From contig JAMOVQ010000142.1 in assembly GCA_027067575.1 (NCBI GenBank), positions 7,127 through 71,126 of the forward strand: a stretch of DNA of 64,000 nt, written 5' to 3'. The translations under genes and the position numbers were made by a program. Of this stretch, positions 29,481 through 38,416 are shown in pieces. The notes beneath the pieces were generated by a model. It was given only the letters and a program-made list of their open reading frames with translations. It had not been told where the DNA came from and did no database searches. The DNA comes from Thermoanaerobaculia bacterium. GTDB lineage: Bacteria > Acidobacteriota > Thermoanaerobaculia > Thermoanaerobaculales > Sulfomarinibacteraceae. The first letter of the stretch is position 1. Each line of letters begins with the position of its first letter.

Positions 29481-29909
29481 TCAAGATCCCGCCCCCTCCT
29501 CGCGCCGGGCCGAGGAGCCCTTCCGTCCCTCGCTCCCATCTCCGGTGCCGGGCGCCTTCCTCCCGGAACCCGCGGCAGCGCCCATGGTGACCTTGCCCTC
29601 GAAGAAGGCGCCGTCCTCCATGACGACGGTCGGGGCCGTGATGTCCGCCCAGACCTTCGCGCCGGCGTGGAGGACGACCCGGTCGCTGGCCACGATCGTT
29701 CCCTTGACCGTCCCGCCGATCAGGCACCGGCCGACGGAGATCGTTCCCTCGATGGAGCCCTGCTCGCCGACCAGCAGCTCCGCCTTGGAGGTGACGGTCC
29801 CCTCGAGGCGGCCGTCGAGCCGGAACGCGCTGGAGAACTCGAGCTCCCCGCGGATGGTGCAGCCGGGGTCGAGGAACCCGTTGAGGGTGTCACTGTTCTG
29901 GCGTGCCAT
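29481..29909 (-). CDS. Bactofilin (DUF583-type polymer-forming cytoskeletal protein)
   Basis: Beta-helical repeat pattern IRGELEFSSAFRLDGRLEGTVTSKAELLVGEQGSIEGTISVGRCLIGGTVKGTIVASDRVVLHAGAKVWADI with a disordered Gly/Ser/Arg tail. ATG lies behind GGGAGG. Overlaps the parB 3' end by 20 nt. Confidence 0.85.
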   Translation of the reverse strand: MARQNSDTLNGFLDPGCTIRGELEFSSAFRLDGRLEGTVTSKAELLVGEQGSIEGTISVGRCLIGGTVKGTIVASDRVVLHAGAKVWADITAPTVVMEDGAFFEGKVTMGAAAGSGRKAPGTGDGSEGRKGSSARREEGAGS

Positions 29910-30762
29910 CGGTACCTCCCATCAGCGCGTCGTAGACCCGTTGCAGCTCCTCGGTGGTGCCGCACGTGATGACGATCCGGCCGCCCCGCTTCCGGGTCTC
30001 GATCCGGACCCTGGCACCGAGCCGCAACGCCAGCCGGTCCTCGGCAGCACGGACGTTGGGGTCGGGGGCCGGACGCGACCGCCTCGGGCGGGGCCGCTCC
30101 GGCTCCCGCACCTCGGCCGCCCGCCGCTCGAGCTCCCGGACGCTCATCCCCGTGGCCGCGGCCCGTTCGGCCCACCGGACCCGCTCGTCCTCCGGCAGTG
30201 CCAGGATCGCCCGGGCGTGGCCGGCGGTCAGGCGGCCGTCCTCCACCATCGACTGGACGGCCTCCGGGAGCTTGAGAAGGCGCAGCGCGTTGGCCACGGT
30301 ACTCCGGTCCACGCCGACCCGCGAGGCGATCTCGGCCTGGGTCAGCCCCAGCTCCGCGCGGAGCTGCTCGTACGCCCGGGCCTCCTCCAGCGGTGAGAGG
30401 TCCCGCCGCTGGAGGTTCTCCACCAGGGCGAGTTCGATCTCTTCCTGCCGGTCCAGCCGTTCGCGGATGACGACGGGGACGGCCTCGAGCCCCGCGAGCC
30501 GCGCCGCCCGGAGGCGCCGCTCCCCGGCGATCAGCACGTAGGCGCCATCCCCAGCCTCGGACACCAGGAGCGGCTGGAGGATCCCGTGGGTCCGGATCGA
30601 CGCCGCCAGCTCCTCGAGGGCCGCCTCGTCGAACCGCGTCCTGGGCTGTCCAGGGTTCGGGCGGATCGACCCGACCGGGACGGTGGTCAGCCCGGACCGC
30701 GCCTTCGGCGTGTCGGGGATCAGGGCCTTGAGCCCGCGGCCGAGCGCCTGCTTACGCGCCAC
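29890..30762 (-). CDS. parB: Chromosome partitioning protein ParB (Spo0J)
   Basis: GTG 30762 behind GGAGG. (V)ARKQALGRGLKALIP...IRPNPGQPRTRFDEAALEELAASIRTHGILQPLLV...IAGERRLRAA with an HTH (LTQAEIASRVGVDRSTVANALRLL). Confidence 0.9.
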   Translation of the reverse strand: MARKQALGRGLKALIPDTPKARSGLTTVPVGSIRPNPGQPRTRFDEAALEELAASIRTHGILQPLLVSEAGDGAYVLIAGERRLRAARLAGLEAVPVVIRERLDRQEEIELALVENLQRRDLSPLEEARAYEQLRAELGLTQAEIASRVGVDRSTVANALRLLKLPEAVQSMVEDGRLTAGHARAILALPEDERVRWAERAAATGMSVRELERRAAEVREPERPRPRRSRPAPDPNVRAAEDRLALRLGARVRIETRKRGGRIVITCGTTEELQRVYDALMGGTDGTPEQ

Positions 30763-31543
30763 GGCGCAGCCTCCTGCCCCGCTCCAGCAGCTCCCGGCCC
30801 AGCGCCAGGTACGCCCGGGACCCCCGGCAGCGGAGATCGTAGGCGTGCACCGGCATCCCGTACGACGGAGCCTCCGCCAGGCGGACGTTGCGGGGGACCA
30901 CGGTCTCGAACACCTGCTCACCGAACACCGACCGCACCTCCTCCACGACCTGCCGCGCCAGGTTCGTCCGCTCGTCGTACATGGTCAGCACCACGCCCTC
31001 GATCTCGAGCGACGGGTTGAGGTACCGGCGCACCTGCTCGATGGTCCCCATCAGGTCGGAGACGCCCTCCAGCGCAAAGTATTCGCACTGGATCGGCACG
31101 AGCACGGAGTCCGCCGCCGCCAGGGCGTTGACCGTCAGCAGGCCGAGGGACGGCGGGCAGTCGACGAAGATCCACTCGGGCCCGGAGAACCCCTCCAGGG
31201 CGTCCCGGAGCCGGAACTCCCGTCCCATCATGCCCACGAGCTCCACCTCGGCCCCGGCGAGGTCCGCCGTGGACGGTGCCAGGGAGAGGTGCGGGAACCG
31301 CGTCGGGACGGCGACGTCGGCCAGCCCGGCGTCCCCCCGGAGCAGGTCGTAGGTGGTCGGTCGGCCCGCCTCGACCTCCACCCCGGCCCCCGAGGTGCAG
31401 TTCGCCTGGGGGTCGAGGTCCACGAGGAGCGTCGGGCGCTCGAACGCCGCAAGGGCCGCGCCGAGGTTGACCACGGTAGTGGTCTTCCCGACGCCGCCCT
31501 TCTGGTTGGCCACGGCGACAGTACGTGGTTTCACGTGAAACAT
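30752..31543 (-). CDS. parA: Chromosome partitioning ATPase ParA (Soj)
   Basis: ATG 31543. MFHVKPRTVAVANQKGGVGKTTTVVNLG is the deviant Walker A. Also DLDPQAN and IFVDCPPSLG. 263 aa. Confidence 0.92.
   Translation of the reverse strand: MFHVKPRTVAVANQKGGVGKTTTVVNLGAALAAFERPTLLVDLDPQANCTSGAGVEVEAGRPTTYDLLRGDAGLADVAVPTRFPHLSLAPSTADLAGAEVELVGMMGREFRLRDALEGFSGPEWIFVDCPPSLGLLTVNALAAADSVLVPIQCEYFALEGVSDLMGTIEQVRRYLNPSLEIEGVVLTMYDERTNLARQVVEEVRSVFGEQVFETVVPRNVRLAEAPSYGMPVHAYDLRCRGSRAYLALGRELLERGRRLRRGA
31527..31542. promoter_or_regulatory. parS centromere-like site (15/16 match)
   Basis: GGTTTCACGTGAAACA versus consensus TGTTNCACGTGAAACA. Lies in the rsmG 3' end / parA 5' end overlap. Confidence 0.65.
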
Positions 31544-32133
31544 CGCTCCAAACGCGCCAGGAAACCCTCGTCCAGGGTCGGCAGCGGGGAGCTTACCACA
31601 CGCCACCCCCCGGCCCGCCGCAGGCGATCGAGCTCGGCGCGCCCGACCCAGAGCAGGACCCGCCCGCCGGGCCCCAGCACGCCCCTGGCCCAGTCCAGGA
31701 GCGCATCGTGCCGGCCCAGTGCCCGGGCGGTGATCGCCGCGACGCCGTCCGGAACTTCGAGGTTCTCGAACCGCGACCGGGCGACCTGTGCGTCGAGTCC
31801 GAGCTCTCGGACCACGGTCCGGAGGAACGCCCACCGTTTCTGCCGCGGCTCCACCAGCAGCCCGCGCCACTCCGGCCGCGCCAGGAGGAGCGGCACCCCC
31901 GGCAGCCCCGCCCCGGACCCAACGTCCACCAGCAGCCCCAGCCCGTCCGGGAGGTGTGGCGCCCCGGCCAGCGCGTCGAGGAGGTGCCGCCGCACGAGCT
32001 CCTCCGCGGTCCGGTACCGGACGAGGTTGTGGACCCGCGCCCACCGCTCGAGCAGCGCCACGTACGCCTCGAGCCGGCCCGCCAGCGGCTCCGCCACCCC
32101 TGCCGCCGCCAGCGCCTCCCGGACGCCCGTCAT
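31531..32133 (-). CDS. rsmG: 16S rRNA (guanine527-N7)-methyltransferase RsmG (GidB)
   Basis: LLERWARVHNLV..., VDVGSGAGLPGVPLLLARPE SAM motif. 200 aa, in the gidA-gidB-parAB context. Confidence 0.9.
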   Translation of the reverse strand: MTGVREALAAAGVAEPLAGRLEAYVALLERWARVHNLVRYRTAEELVRRHLLDALAGAPHLPDGLGLLVDVGSGAGLPGVPLLLARPEWRGLLVEPRQKRWAFLRTVVRELGLDAQVARSRFENLEVPDGVAAITARALGRHDALLDWARGVLGPGGRVLLWVGRAELDRLRRAGGWRVVSSPLPTLDEGFLARLERCFT

Positions 32134-34004
32134 GCGGCGCCCTCCCCCGCCCGGCCCACCGCCGCAGCGAGGATCGCCATGGCCGCCGGCGTCATCCCGG
32201 GGATGCGCTCGGCCTCACCCAGCGTCCGCGGCCGGTACCGCCGGAGCTGCTCCACGACCTCCCGGGACAGGCCGGGGACCCCCCGGGGGTCGAACCCCTC
32301 GGGCACCGCCACGTGGGCAAGCCTGCGGAGGCGCTCCGAGTCGCGCCGCGCGCGTTCGAGGTACCCGGCGTACCGCGTCCGGTACGCCACGATCTCCCGG
32401 TCCTCGGGGGGCAGTGCCGTGAGCGGCGGCGCCAGGGCGATCACCGCGTCGAGGGGCACGTCCTGCCGCCGGACGAGGTCGGCCCACGTCACCGGCCGCC
32501 CGGGCTCCACGCCGAGCCGCTCCCGGAGCGCCCGGCGGGCTTCCGGATCGGCCCCCGCCCGCTCCGACTCCAGCCGCTCCCGGGCCTCGCGCCGCGCAGC
32601 CCACCGCCGGTGTTCCACGTGAAACACCCGCTCCGGGACGAGGCCGAACCGGACCCCGGTCTCCATCAGGCGCTCCCGGGCCGAGTCGGTCCCGAGCAGC
32701 AGCCGGTGCTCCGATCGGGAGGTGAACATCCGGTACGGCTCCGTGTGCTCCCGGTGCACCAGGTCGTCCACGAGCACCCCGATGTACCCCTCGTGCCGCC
32801 CCGGCACCCACGGCGCCTCGCCCCGCAGCCTCAGCACGGCGTTGATCCCCGCCACCAATCCCTGGGCCGCCGCCTCCTCGTACCCCGAGGTCCCAACCAC
32901 CTGCCCGGCCACCCACAGCCCCGGGACGCCGTGCACGGCCAGGTCCCGCTCGAGCTGCCCCGGCGCCAGGACGTCGTACTCCACGGCGTACCCGTACCGG
33001 AGCACCCGCGCCCGTTCGAGCCCGGGAACCCGCCGCAGGATGGCGTCCTGCACGTCCTCCGGCAGGCTCGTGGAGAGCCCGTTGACGTACATGCTCTCCC
33101 CGCCCAGCGTCTCGGGCTCGACGAACAGGGTGTGCTCCTCGTGGTGCGGGAACCGGACAACCTTGTCCTCGATGGAGGGGCAGTACCGCGGACCCGTACC
33201 CTCGATCACCCCGGAAAACAGGGGGGACCGGTCGAGGTTGTCCCGGATCACCGCCGCCACGGCGGGAGGCGTCCTGGTGATCCAGCACGGCTCCCGGTTG
33301 ACGACCCGTCCGGTCCGCCACGAGAACGGCCGGGGGTCGGGGTCGCCCTCCTGCCGCTCCATCGCGCCGTAGTCCAGGGAGTCCCGGTGCAGGCGGGGCG
33401 GCGTGCCGGTCTTGTACCGGCGAAGCGCGAGCCCGAGCCGCTCGAGGGCGGCGCTCAGCCTGCCCGCCGGGGGCTCGCCGTACCGCCCCCCCTCCCGCCG
33501 GTCGCTCCCAGTATGGAGGAGGCCCCTGAGGAACGTGCCCGTCGTCACCACCACCGCGCGGGCTGCGATCCGCGTCCCGCCGGCCAGCACCACGCCCTCC
33601 ACGGCACCGTCGCCGGCGAGCAGGTCCACCACCTCGCCCTCCACGAGATCGATCCTGGGAACGCCCCCGAGCAGGCGCCGCATCAGCACCGTGTACCGCG
33701 CCTTGTCGCACTGGGCGCGGGGGCCCCGGACCGCCGGGCCCCGGGAGAGGTTGAGCGTCCGGAACTGGATCCCCGCCCGGTCCGCCGCCCACCCCTGGAC
33801 GCCCCCGAGCGCGTCGATCTCCACCACGAGGTGGCCCTTGCCGATCCCGCCGATCGCCGGGTTGCACGGCATCTCCGCGACCTTCCGGGCGTCGAGGGTC
33901 GCCACGGCCACATCGAGCCCCATCCTGGCCGCCGCCAGCGCCGCCTCACACCCCGCGTGCCCGGCGCCGACCACCACGAGATCGTACCGCCCGGCCACCG
34001 TCAC
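32130..34004 (-). CDS. mnmG: tRNA uridine 5-carboxymethylaminomethyl modification enzyme MnmG (GidA)
   Basis: GTG 34004 overlaps the mnmE stop (GTGA). YDLVVVGAGHAGCEAALAAARMG, MPCNPAIGGIGKGHLVVEIDALGG, GPRYCPSIEDK, AGQVVGTSGYEEAAAQG. 624 aa. Confidence 0.95.
   Translation of the reverse strand: MTVAGRYDLVVVGAGHAGCEAALAAARMGLDVAVATLDARKVAEMPCNPAIGGIGKGHLVVEIDALGGVQGWAADRAGIQFRTLNLSRGPAVRGPRAQCDKARYTVLMRRLLGGVPRIDLVEGEVVDLLAGDGAVEGVVLAGGTRIAARAVVVTTGTFLRGLLHTGSDRREGGRYGEPPAGRLSAALERLGLALRRYKTGTPPRLHRDSLDYGAMERQEGDPDPRPFSWRTGRVVNREPCWITRTPPAVAAVIRDNLDRSPLFSGVIEGTGPRYCPSIEDKVVRFPHHEEHTLFVEPETLGGESMYVNGLSTSLPEDVQDAILRRVPGLERARVLRYGYAVEYDVLAPGQLERDLAVHGVPGLWVAGQVVGTSGYEEAAAQGLVAGINAVLRLRGEAPWVPGRHEGYIGVLVDDLVHREHTEPYRMFTSRSEHRLLLGTDSARERLMETGVRFGLVPERVFHVEHRRWAARREARERLESERAGADPEARRALRERLGVEPGRPVTWADLVRRQDVPLDAVIALAPPLTALPPEDREIVAYRTRYAGYLERARRDSERLRRLAHVAVPEGFDPRGVPGLSREVVEQLRRYRPRTLGEAERIPGMTPAAMAILAAAVGRAGEGAA
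32611..32626. promoter_or_regulatory. parS centromere-like site (16/16 match to TGTTNCACGTGAAACA)
   Basis: TGTTCCACGTGAAACA lies inside the mnmG coding sequence. Confidence 0.7.
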
Positions 34005-35341
34005 TTCCCCAGGCAGAACGTCGAGAAGATCCTGTCGAGCACGGCCTCCTCGTCCACCGGCGCCACCACGCCCTCCAAGACGGCCGCCGCCCGCCGCAGC
34101 GCCTCGGCGAGGAGCTCCGGTGCCTCCCGGGGCGCCCGGCGGAGGATCCCCGCGGCCTTTGCGGCCGCCGCTGCGGCGCGGACCGAGAGCAGCCCCTCGC
34201 CCGCCGTGTCGGGCAGGAGCCGGACGACGTGGTGCGCCAGCGCCTCCCGGACCGCGCCCACCCCCTCGCCCGTGGCCGGGTTCGCCGGGATCCACCCGTC
34301 CCGCACGGCCCCGGGCGCCAAGTCGAGCCGGCTGAGCACGCGGATCACGGGGGTTGCCCGGGGGAGCTTGGGAAGGCGGGCCTCCGGAAGGTCGGCGCCC
34401 TGGACGAGGAGCACGAGGTCGGCGTCCGCCAGCGCCTCCGCGGTCCGGCGGACCCCCTCGGCCTCCAGCGGATCGGCGGGGATGCCGAGCCCCGCGGTGT
34501 CCACGAGCACCACGGCCCGCCCCTCGAGGGCGATCTGAGCCTCCACCGTGTCCCGGGTCGTCCCGGGCCGTGGCGAGACGATCGCCCGGGTGGACTCAAT
34601 CAACCTATTGAAAAGGCTACTCTTGCCAGCGTTCGGCGGGCCGGCGACCACGGCGCGGACGGCTCCACGGAGCACGGCGGGGGAGCCTCCGGCCCGCGCC
34701 ATGGCGTCCAGCCGGCCGACCAGCGAGCCGATCTCCCCCTCCACCGAGGCCGGATCGTACCCGAGCTCCTGATCGGCGAAGTCCAGCGCCCCCTCCACCG
34801 AGGCCATCAGGCCGATCAGTGCGTCGCGGACCGCCGCAACGCGCCTCGCGCCCTCCCCCGAAGCGCGCGCCGCGGCCGCACGGGCCTGCCACCGGGTCTC
34901 GGCCCGGACGAGCTCCCCGATCGCCTCGGCCTCCTCGAGTGCCATCTTGCCGTTGGCCACCGCCCGGCGCGTGAACTCACCAGGCAGGGCCCGCCGCGCA
35001 CCGGCGGCCGCCATGGCATCCAGCGCCCGCTCCACGAGCCACGGCGAGCCGTGGACGATCAGCTCCACCATGTCCTCGCCCGTGAAGCTTCGCGGTTGCC
35101 GGTACGGGATGGCCACGGCCCGGTCGGCAACGCCGTCCACATCCATCGCAATGAGAACGGCCCGCCAGGGCTCCGCCGGCTCCCACCGCGGGGCGACGGC
35201 ACGGACCACGTCCCACGCCCGCGCCCCGCTGACCCGGATCACCGCCAGCGCGCCGGTGCCGGGCGGCGTGGCCCGGGCGACGATGGTGTCCTCACCACCG
35301 GCGAGGACGGATGACAACCCGCTTGAAGAAGCCCGTACCAT
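34001..35341 (-). CDS. mnmE: tRNA modification GTPase MnmE (TrmE)
   Basis: DTIVARATPPGTGALAVIRVSG, GPPNAGKSSLFNRL (G1), DTAG and the C-terminal CLGK. The start is uncertain: ATG 35341 chosen, with alternatives GTG 35392 and TTG 35317. All three overlap the jag 3' end. Confidence 0.9.
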   Translation of the reverse strand: MVRASSSGLSSVLAGGEDTIVARATPPGTGALAVIRVSGARAWDVVRAVAPRWEPAEPWRAVLIAMDVDGVADRAVAIPYRQPRSFTGEDMVELIVHGSPWLVERALDAMAAAGARRALPGEFTRRAVANGKMALEEAEAIGELVRAETRWQARAAAARASGEGARRVAAVRDALIGLMASVEGALDFADQELGYDPASVEGEIGSLVGRLDAMARAGGSPAVLRGAVRAVVAGPPNAGKSSLFNRLIESTRAIVSPRPGTTRDTVEAQIALEGRAVVLVDTAGLGIPADPLEAEGVRRTAEALADADLVLLVQGADLPEARLPKLPRATPVIRVLSRLDLAPGAVRDGWIPANPATGEGVGAVREALAHHVVRLLPDTAGEGLLSVRAAAAAAKAAGILRRAPREAPELLAEALRRAAAVLEGVVAPVDEEAVLDRIFSTFCLGK

Positions 35342-35882
35342 CGGAGTCGGTCTCCACCCGATCGTCGTCGGCCAGGGCCACGTGGACCTCACGGCGGGCC
35401 GCCGGGGTCATGGGCTCGAGCCGCACGGGCCGGCGGGTCGCCACAGCCCGGTCCGCCTCCCGGCGGGCGAGGCGGGCGAGCCGTTCCCGCCGGGCCGCCT
35501 TGAACCCCGCGCTGTCCAGCCGCACCGCGGGGTGCTCGCCGAGGCGGGCATCGAGGACCCGGTTTGACAGGTACTGGAGTGCGTCCAACGCCTCGCCGCC
35601 GCACCGTGTCAGGAGACCGGTGTCCGCGCCTGCCAGCTCACCGTGGAGTGCGTCGTTCTCCGAGGTCAGCTCCGTCGCAATCTCCATGCCGCCGGCGGTG
35701 AATACCCGGCGGAGGAACAGACCGAGAACCGCCTGGGGATCGACGGTGGCCTCGACGACCACCCGGTCTCCGGTCTCCTCGAGGACCTGGTACGCCAGCT
35801 CCTCGTGACCGCACCCCAGCTCGCCGGCCGCGGCGTCGAGCGCCGCCGTGAGCGTCGGAGCCTCGTACCTCCGTTCAGTCAC
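35292..35882 (-). CDS. jag: Jag/KhpB-type RNA-binding protein (Jag_N, KH, R3H)
   Basis: GTG 35882 overlaps the yidC stop (GTGA). C-terminal R3H region LEPMTPAARREVHVALADDDRVETDSDGTGFFKRVVIRP. Conserved position after yidC. Confidence 0.8.
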   Translation of the reverse strand: MTERRYEAPTLTAALDAAAGELGCGHEELAYQVLEETGDRVVVEATVDPQAVLGLFLRRVFTAGGMEIATELTSENDALHGELAGADTGLLTRCGGEALDALQYLSNRVLDARLGEHPAVRLDSAGFKAARRERLARLARREADRAVATRRPVRLEPMTPAARREVHVALADDDRVETDSDGTGFFKRVVIRPRRW

Positions 35883-37585
35883 TTCGCCCTCGCCTTCCTC
35901 CGGGGCTGCCGCCGCTCGCCCATCAGGAAGAAGGTGACCTCCTGCTGGATGATCGTCAGTACGTTGTTGACGAGCCAGTACAGCACGAGCCCCGCCGGGA
36001 ACCCCATGAACATGAACCCGAAGATGAACGGCATCATCCGGAACATCTTCTGCTGCTGAGGATCGCCCGTCTGAGGCGCCAGCTTCTGCTGGAGCCACAT
36101 GGTGAACGTCATCAGCACCGGCGTGACGTAGTACGGATCCTTCGCCGAGAGGTCGGTGATCCAGAGGATGAACGGTGCATGCCGGAGCTCGATGGCGTGG
36201 GCGAACAGGGTGTACAGCGCCCAGAGGATTGGCAGCTGGATCAGCACCGGAAGGCATCCGCCCATGGGGTTGACGCCCTCGACCCTGTACAGCTCCATGA
36301 TCTCCTGGTTCATCTTCGCCCGGGCCGCAGGATCCTTCTTGGCCTTCTTGTACTTCTCCTGGATCGCCTTGATCTTCGGCTGGATCTTCTGCATCTTCCG
36401 CATGGACACCGTCGAGGTGTGCATCAACGGGAACAGCACGATCCGGATCAGGACCGTCAGCAGGATGATTGCGACGCCCCAGTTGCCGGCCCAGCCGTGG
36501 ATCCACCGGAGTGCCTTGAGAAAGAGGACGGAGATCGGGTGAAAGATCCCGAAGTGGAGTGTCCGCTCCACCCCCTGGTCGACGGTCTGGAGAAGGTCGT
36601 ACTCCTTCGGTGCAGCAAAGAACGCCGTCTTCAGCCGCCCATCCTTGGGGACGGCGGCGAGCCGGAGGATCGTCTCTTCCTTCTTCTTCGACCCCTCCGG
36701 AGCCGGCACCGAGTACGGCGCAATCTCGAGCCGGGCCACCGGCGCCTTAGGCCGGAAGACCATCAGGAAATAGGTGTCCTCGAAGCCGAAGTACCGCAGG
36801 GAGGCGGCGTCGATGCTCTGGGCCTTCTTGACCTTTCCCCTGTGGATCCTCTCGGGCTTGTCCTCTCCCCCGATGACCACGTCACCCCAGGTTGAGAACC
36901 TGTTCTCACGCTCCTTAGGACCGATATTCCGCATCCCGCTCCCGAGACCCACAGGGGCCCCCCGGAACGTTCCATGCTCTTCCACGGTGATCTCGACGGT
37001 GTACGGCTCCTGGCCGAGGGAGACGGTCTTGAGAACCGAGTTGCCGGCCCCATCCGACCACTCGAGCCGGACGGAATCCTCGCCGCGCTCCATCGCGTAC
37101 AGCCTCGTATCAGGCTCGCCACCGACCAGAAGCTGCAACGGGAGCAACCGCCCCTCGATGTCGATGTCCTGCACGAGCTCCAGGGGCCGGCCCTCGTCGT
37201 CGTCGTACCGCTTGAGGACGATCGACTGCACGGCGGCCCCGCTGGTCGTCAGGACCATCCGGAACTGGTCCGTCTCCAGGACCGCCGTTTCCTGCCGGTC
37301 ACCGTGGACCGGTTCCCCCACCGGTTCCACGGTCTCCCCTCCTTCGAGGTTTTCCGCCGGCATCGGTGTCTCCCCGCCCGGTTCACGAGCCTCCTCGCCG
37401 CCTGCTGCCGCTGACCCGCCGGCCTCCCCGGCCTCGTCCGCCACCGTATCCGCCGTTCCTGGCTGCTCCGAAACCGTCTCTGGAGCCGGCACGTTCACCG
37501 GCTTCGGGGGAAACACCATGGTCCACAGTCCGATGATCGCGGCGGAGATTGCAAAGGCCAGCAGCAGGCGCTTTTCCATCGACAT
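35879..37585 (-). CDS. yidC: Membrane protein insertase YidC (long periplasmic-domain form)
   Basis: ATG 37585 (MSMEKRLLLAFAISAAIIGLW). The C-terminal conserved core reads GNWGVAIILLTVLIRIVLFPL...MQKIQPKIKAIQEKYK...GVNPMGGCLPVLIQLPILWALY... with a basic tail. Confidence 0.92.
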   Translation of the reverse strand: MSMEKRLLLAFAISAAIIGLWTMVFPPKPVNVPAPETVSEQPGTADTVADEAGEAGGSAAAGGEEAREPGGETPMPAENLEGGETVEPVGEPVHGDRQETAVLETDQFRMVLTTSGAAVQSIVLKRYDDDEGRPLELVQDIDIEGRLLPLQLLVGGEPDTRLYAMERGEDSVRLEWSDGAGNSVLKTVSLGQEPYTVEITVEEHGTFRGAPVGLGSGMRNIGPKERENRFSTWGDVVIGGEDKPERIHRGKVKKAQSIDAASLRYFGFEDTYFLMVFRPKAPVARLEIAPYSVPAPEGSKKKEETILRLAAVPKDGRLKTAFFAAPKEYDLLQTVDQGVERTLHFGIFHPISVLFLKALRWIHGWAGNWGVAIILLTVLIRIVLFPLMHTSTVSMRKMQKIQPKIKAIQEKYKKAKKDPAARAKMNQEIMELYRVEGVNPMGGCLPVLIQLPILWALYTLFAHAIELRHAPFILWITDLSAKDPYYVTPVLMTFTMWLQQKLAPQTGDPQQQKMFRMMPFIFGFMFMGFPAGLVLYWLVNNVLTIIQQEVTFFLMGERRQPRRKARAK

Positions 37586-37614
37586 CCTCGTCACCTTCCT
37601 CCCGTCGGCGAAAC

Positions 37615-37845
37615 CTACGGTACCGGATCGTGGCCGCCCGGGTGAAGCGGGTGACACCGCGCGACCCGGCGCAATCCCATCCAGCCACCCTTCACGAGGC
37701 CGTACCGTTCGATCGCCTCCGCGGCGTACTCCGAGCACGTCGGCGTGAATCGGCACGCTGGTGGCAGCAACGGTGAGACCGCCTTCTTGTAGAGGGTCAA
37801 CGCTCCGTGCGCGAACCGCGCCGGGACCGAAGGACTCTCACACAC
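37615..37845 (-). CDS. yidD: Membrane protein insertion efficiency factor YidD
   Basis: [62 protein letters not shown] 37845 chosen. The alternative TTG 37800 would overlap the rnpA stop as TTGA. Confidence 0.8.
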   Translation of the reverse strand: MCESPSVPARFAHGALTLYKKAVSPLLPPACRFTPTCSEYAAEAIERYGLVKGGWMGLRRVARCHPLHPGGHDPVP

Positions 37846-38123
37846 CGTTCGAACTCCCGCTCGAGCTCGCTCCACGGTGCACCGTCCAGACCCCGGCGGG
37901 CATTGAGTACCACATCGAGGCCGAGGCCACGGAGGTACCTCCTCGCCAGGACACGCAGACGGCGTTTGCACCGGTTCCGGACGACAGCGTTTCCCACCTT
38001 TCGCGACGCGGTGATTCCGTAGCGGGTTTCCTTACCGCCCCGTGCGGCAAACATGACAAACCACCGGGAGGCGACTCGAGTCCCCTCCCGGTAGATCCGG
38101 CGGTACTCGGCCGACCGCCGCAC
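37797..38123 (-). CDS. rnpA: Ribonuclease P protein component
   Basis: GTG 38123 gives [30 protein letters not shown]...[21 protein letters not shown] (RNR motif). 108 aa. The track ORF extends upstream across rpmH in another frame. Confidence 0.8.
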   Translation of the reverse strand: MRRSAEYRRIYREGTRVASRWFVMFAARGGKETRYGITASRKVGNAVVRNRCKRRLRVLARRYLRGLGLDVVLNARRGLDGAPWSELEREFERCVRVLRSRRGSRTER

Positions 38124-38152
38124 TCGTCCGGGCTCCGGATCACCGGAGCTCC

Positions 38153-38287
38153 TCAGACGCTGAGACGCTTGCGCCCCTTGGCCCGGCGGGCCTTGAGCAC
38201 ACGCCGGCCGCCCCGTGTCCGCATCCGGACCCGGAAGCCGTGAGTCTTCCTCCTGCGGCGGTTGTTGGGCTGAAATGTTCTCTTCAT
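38153..38287 (-). CDS. rpmH: 50S ribosomal protein L34
   Basis: Below the track's 60-aa cutoff. The reverse strand encodes [44 protein letters not shown] followed by a stop. Confidence 0.95.
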   Translation of the reverse strand: MKRTFQPNNRRRRKTHGFRVRMRTRGGRRVLKARRAKGRKRLSV

Positions 38288-38321
38288 CGTGCATCACGCT
38301 CCTGTTTCGTTCGGGCGCCGA

Positions 38322-38350
38322 ACCCTATCGCAACGGACGACTTGTGTCAA
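38322..38350 (-). promoter_or_regulatory. Sigma-70-type promoter for rpmH-rnpA operon
   Basis: The minus strand reads TTGACA-17 nt-TAGGGT (plus-strand tgtcaa 38345..38350 and acccta 38322..38327). A GTTCGG-cgc-CCGAAC hairpin lies in the leader. Confidence 0.45.
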
Positions 38351-38416
38351 GCGTGCCGGGGCTTCCCTGACACCCGCCCGTTCACCCCACAGGCTGTGCT
38401 ACGCTTTCACATTGCG

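Noticed and set aside
35292-35392. Long mnmE/jag overlap (up to 100 nt) and the rnpA/yidD overlap (49 nt) as possible unusual overlapping genes
   Set aside because: Most likely start-codon ambiguity. Shorter alternatives exist (TTG 35317 for mnmE, TTG 37800 for yidD). Without ortholog alignment the overlaps cannot be treated as real biology.
38288-38416. Search for DnaA boxes in the rpmH-dnaA spacer
   Set aside because: The best candidates match TTATCCACA at only about 5/9 positions and there is no AT-rich tract. The spacer is better explained by divergent promoters. I placed the oriC call in the dnaA-dnaN spacer.
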